A stretch of 63,912 nt of DNA, the filler included, from Octopus bimaculoides (taxonomy: Eukaryota): the NCBI RefSeq assembly GCF_001194135.2. It is 6 parts of 6 records of this genome, joined end to end, with 100 filler letters (N's around TTAATTAATTAA, not from the genome) between each part and the next. Parts side by side here need not be neighbours in the genome. Positions count along the whole stretch, not along the records: positions 62,318 to 63,912 come from NW_026356462.1; 5 more parts are not named here. The stretch is one strand, 5' to 3'. A model generated the notes under the pieces. That model had not been told where the DNA came from and searched no databases. It was given only the letters and a program-made list of their open reading frames with translations. Positions 62,318 to 63,912 of this stretch are shown here, piece by piece. Within the stretch, counting starts at the first letter, position 1; every line of letters begins with the position of its first letter. A program made the translations under genes and the position numbers.

Positions 62318-62800
62318 ACCTAAAATCCTTGTAATGTTGTTTTGCAATGTGACACATTTACTTTATTACATAATGTATTCAGAGGTAGATCCCACGGGTC
62401 GAATTCTTCCATTAAATCTGTACCGAACAGATTCACTGTATATTCAGATACCATTATTTTACTTATCCGCGTCATTATTTAAAGTTCTATTTCTGGCGAA
62501 TTTTCGACCAAGAATTGAACTTGTTTCCCTGACACACCGTGATCTATCATAGTCGTTTTCTTGTATACCGGCCATCCTATCTTAATCTACGGTGCCGTAT
62601 TGATTATCGATACGTCTGAACTGGTATTTGATTGCATTTTCGCCCGAAAACCATATATTTCTACCGACATAAATTTTCGGTTTTCTATGGTATAATTTAG
62701 TTTTGTCGAGTAGAATTTCTTCCGTTTCTCATTTTTAACATTTTTCTTCAACCAGCATTTTGACTGTTTATGCCCAATTCTACCGCACTTAAAACTTCTT
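62318..62800 (-). pseudogene. Ty3/Gypsy (K02A2.6-like) gag zinc knuckle plus aspartic protease fossil
   Basis: SFKCGRIGHKQSKC (CCHC, first C mutated); KMQSNTSSDVSIIN (LDTGSD motif decayed); *IKIGWP...GVSGK...NLFGTDLMEEFDPWDLPLNTLCNKV in one frame. Confidence 0.8.
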
Positions 62801-62874
62801 AAAATGCTGGTCTCTGCGACCAAAGCAAGGTTTTGCATTTTATCTCTTTTAATTCTTCAATAATTTCTTTACTA

Positions 62875-62883
62875 TAACTACTT

Positions 62884-62950
<67 letters not shown>

Positions 62951-62956
62951 AACTAC

Positions 62957-63005
<49 letters not shown>

Positions 63006-63077
63006 TTTATTATTGCTGTTGTTGTTATTGTTGTTGCTGCTGTTGACGTTATTATTACTACTACTACNNNNNNNNNN

Positions 63078-63108
<31 letters not shown>

Positions 63109-63171
63109 TTTATTATTGCTGTTGTTGTTATTGTTGTTGCTGCTGTTGACGTTATTATTACTACTACTACT
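62875..63171. repeat. (CTA)n/(TAT)n/(GTT)n compound microsatellite with a block duplicated across a 10-N gap
   Basis: Directly visible. Confidence 0.95.
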
Positions 63172-63912
63172 AGTCTCAATAATATTAATACGCTAAACTT
63201 TTGTACGTACCTGTAGTGTGTGTCACACTTCAACGAAGGGGAAAAGCGAGAATGAGGAGAAGAGTGACGAAATAAGAGAGAAAGAGAGAGAGATAATGAA
63301 AGAGAAACAGAGAGAGTGAAAGAGAAACAGAGAGACCGAAAGAGAAAGTAAGGGGTGAGAGGGTTCATCGCAAGAGAAGAAGCTACATAGATACATACAT
63401 TGTTAAATCAAAAGCAGGAAAGAAGGACACAAAGGAAATGAAAGAGAAAGTGAGAATGTAGATACTTTAATCAGTACACGTAGCAAATATTGGGTGTCAG
63501 TTTCACTTTTGAAGACAACTAGAACAATTCCAGTCATTGGCAGAGCAAAAGGTAGGAAGAAATAGAGAGAAAGAAAGGGAGGGAGAGAAAGAGAGGGAGA
63601 GAGAGATAGAGAGAAAGAGAGAGAGAGAGATGAACAATTCGTTATGGTTTATCTTTGTGGTCTATCTGACACTGTCTGTTTGTCTGCCTCTCTCGCTAGT
63701 ATGTGTTTGTGTATGTGTCTGTATGTATGTGTATGTATGCATGTATATATGCATGTATTTGTGTGTGTGTTTGTGTCTCCGTTTGTCCCACCACCACCAC
63801 CACCACAACCATTATAAGCAAGATCTCTATAATTTCACAGAATTATATTTAACAAGTTCGAAAGACGAACGAAAAAGCTAATACATGTATAAAATAAATG
63901 AAAGAAGTTATT

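Noticed and set aside
62980-63171. Exact ~90-bp tandem duplication
   Set aside because: The copies sit on either side of a 10-N gap, so they are most likely unmerged overlapping contig ends

Overview
Eukaryotic, AT-rich, microsatellite-dense genomic DNA from a gapped draft assembly. The repeat families look like those of an octopod cephalopod (Octopus sp.); this is recognition from memory, not a database result. No complete host gene and no true tRNA/rRNA gene is visible, and nearly all long ORFs in the track are microsatellite or N-gap artefacts. The recognisable content is a transposon graveyard. It includes three abundant SINE families (called A, B and C here), fossils of R4/Dong-type and CRE-type restriction-like-endonuclease LINEs, CR1-type and RTE-type LINEs, a Helitron Rep/helicase fossil with nested insertions, a DD36E Tc1-like element, two mariners, several MITE/fold-back elements and a Gypsy gag-protease fragment. 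The most interesting observations are: (i) a mariner rebuilt with two 5' ends through a microhomology junction (Mu-killer-like architecture); (ii) a TA-flanked TIR element whose whole interior is a microsatellite; (iii) R4/Dong pieces repeatedly abutting (AAT)n tracts; (iv) several long fold-backs; (v) a ~37 kb central domain of CpG decay that probably marks a methylated gene body with a few candidate + strand exons. Five 44N-TTAATTAATTAA-44N spacers are artificial joins, so adjacency across them is uncertain.
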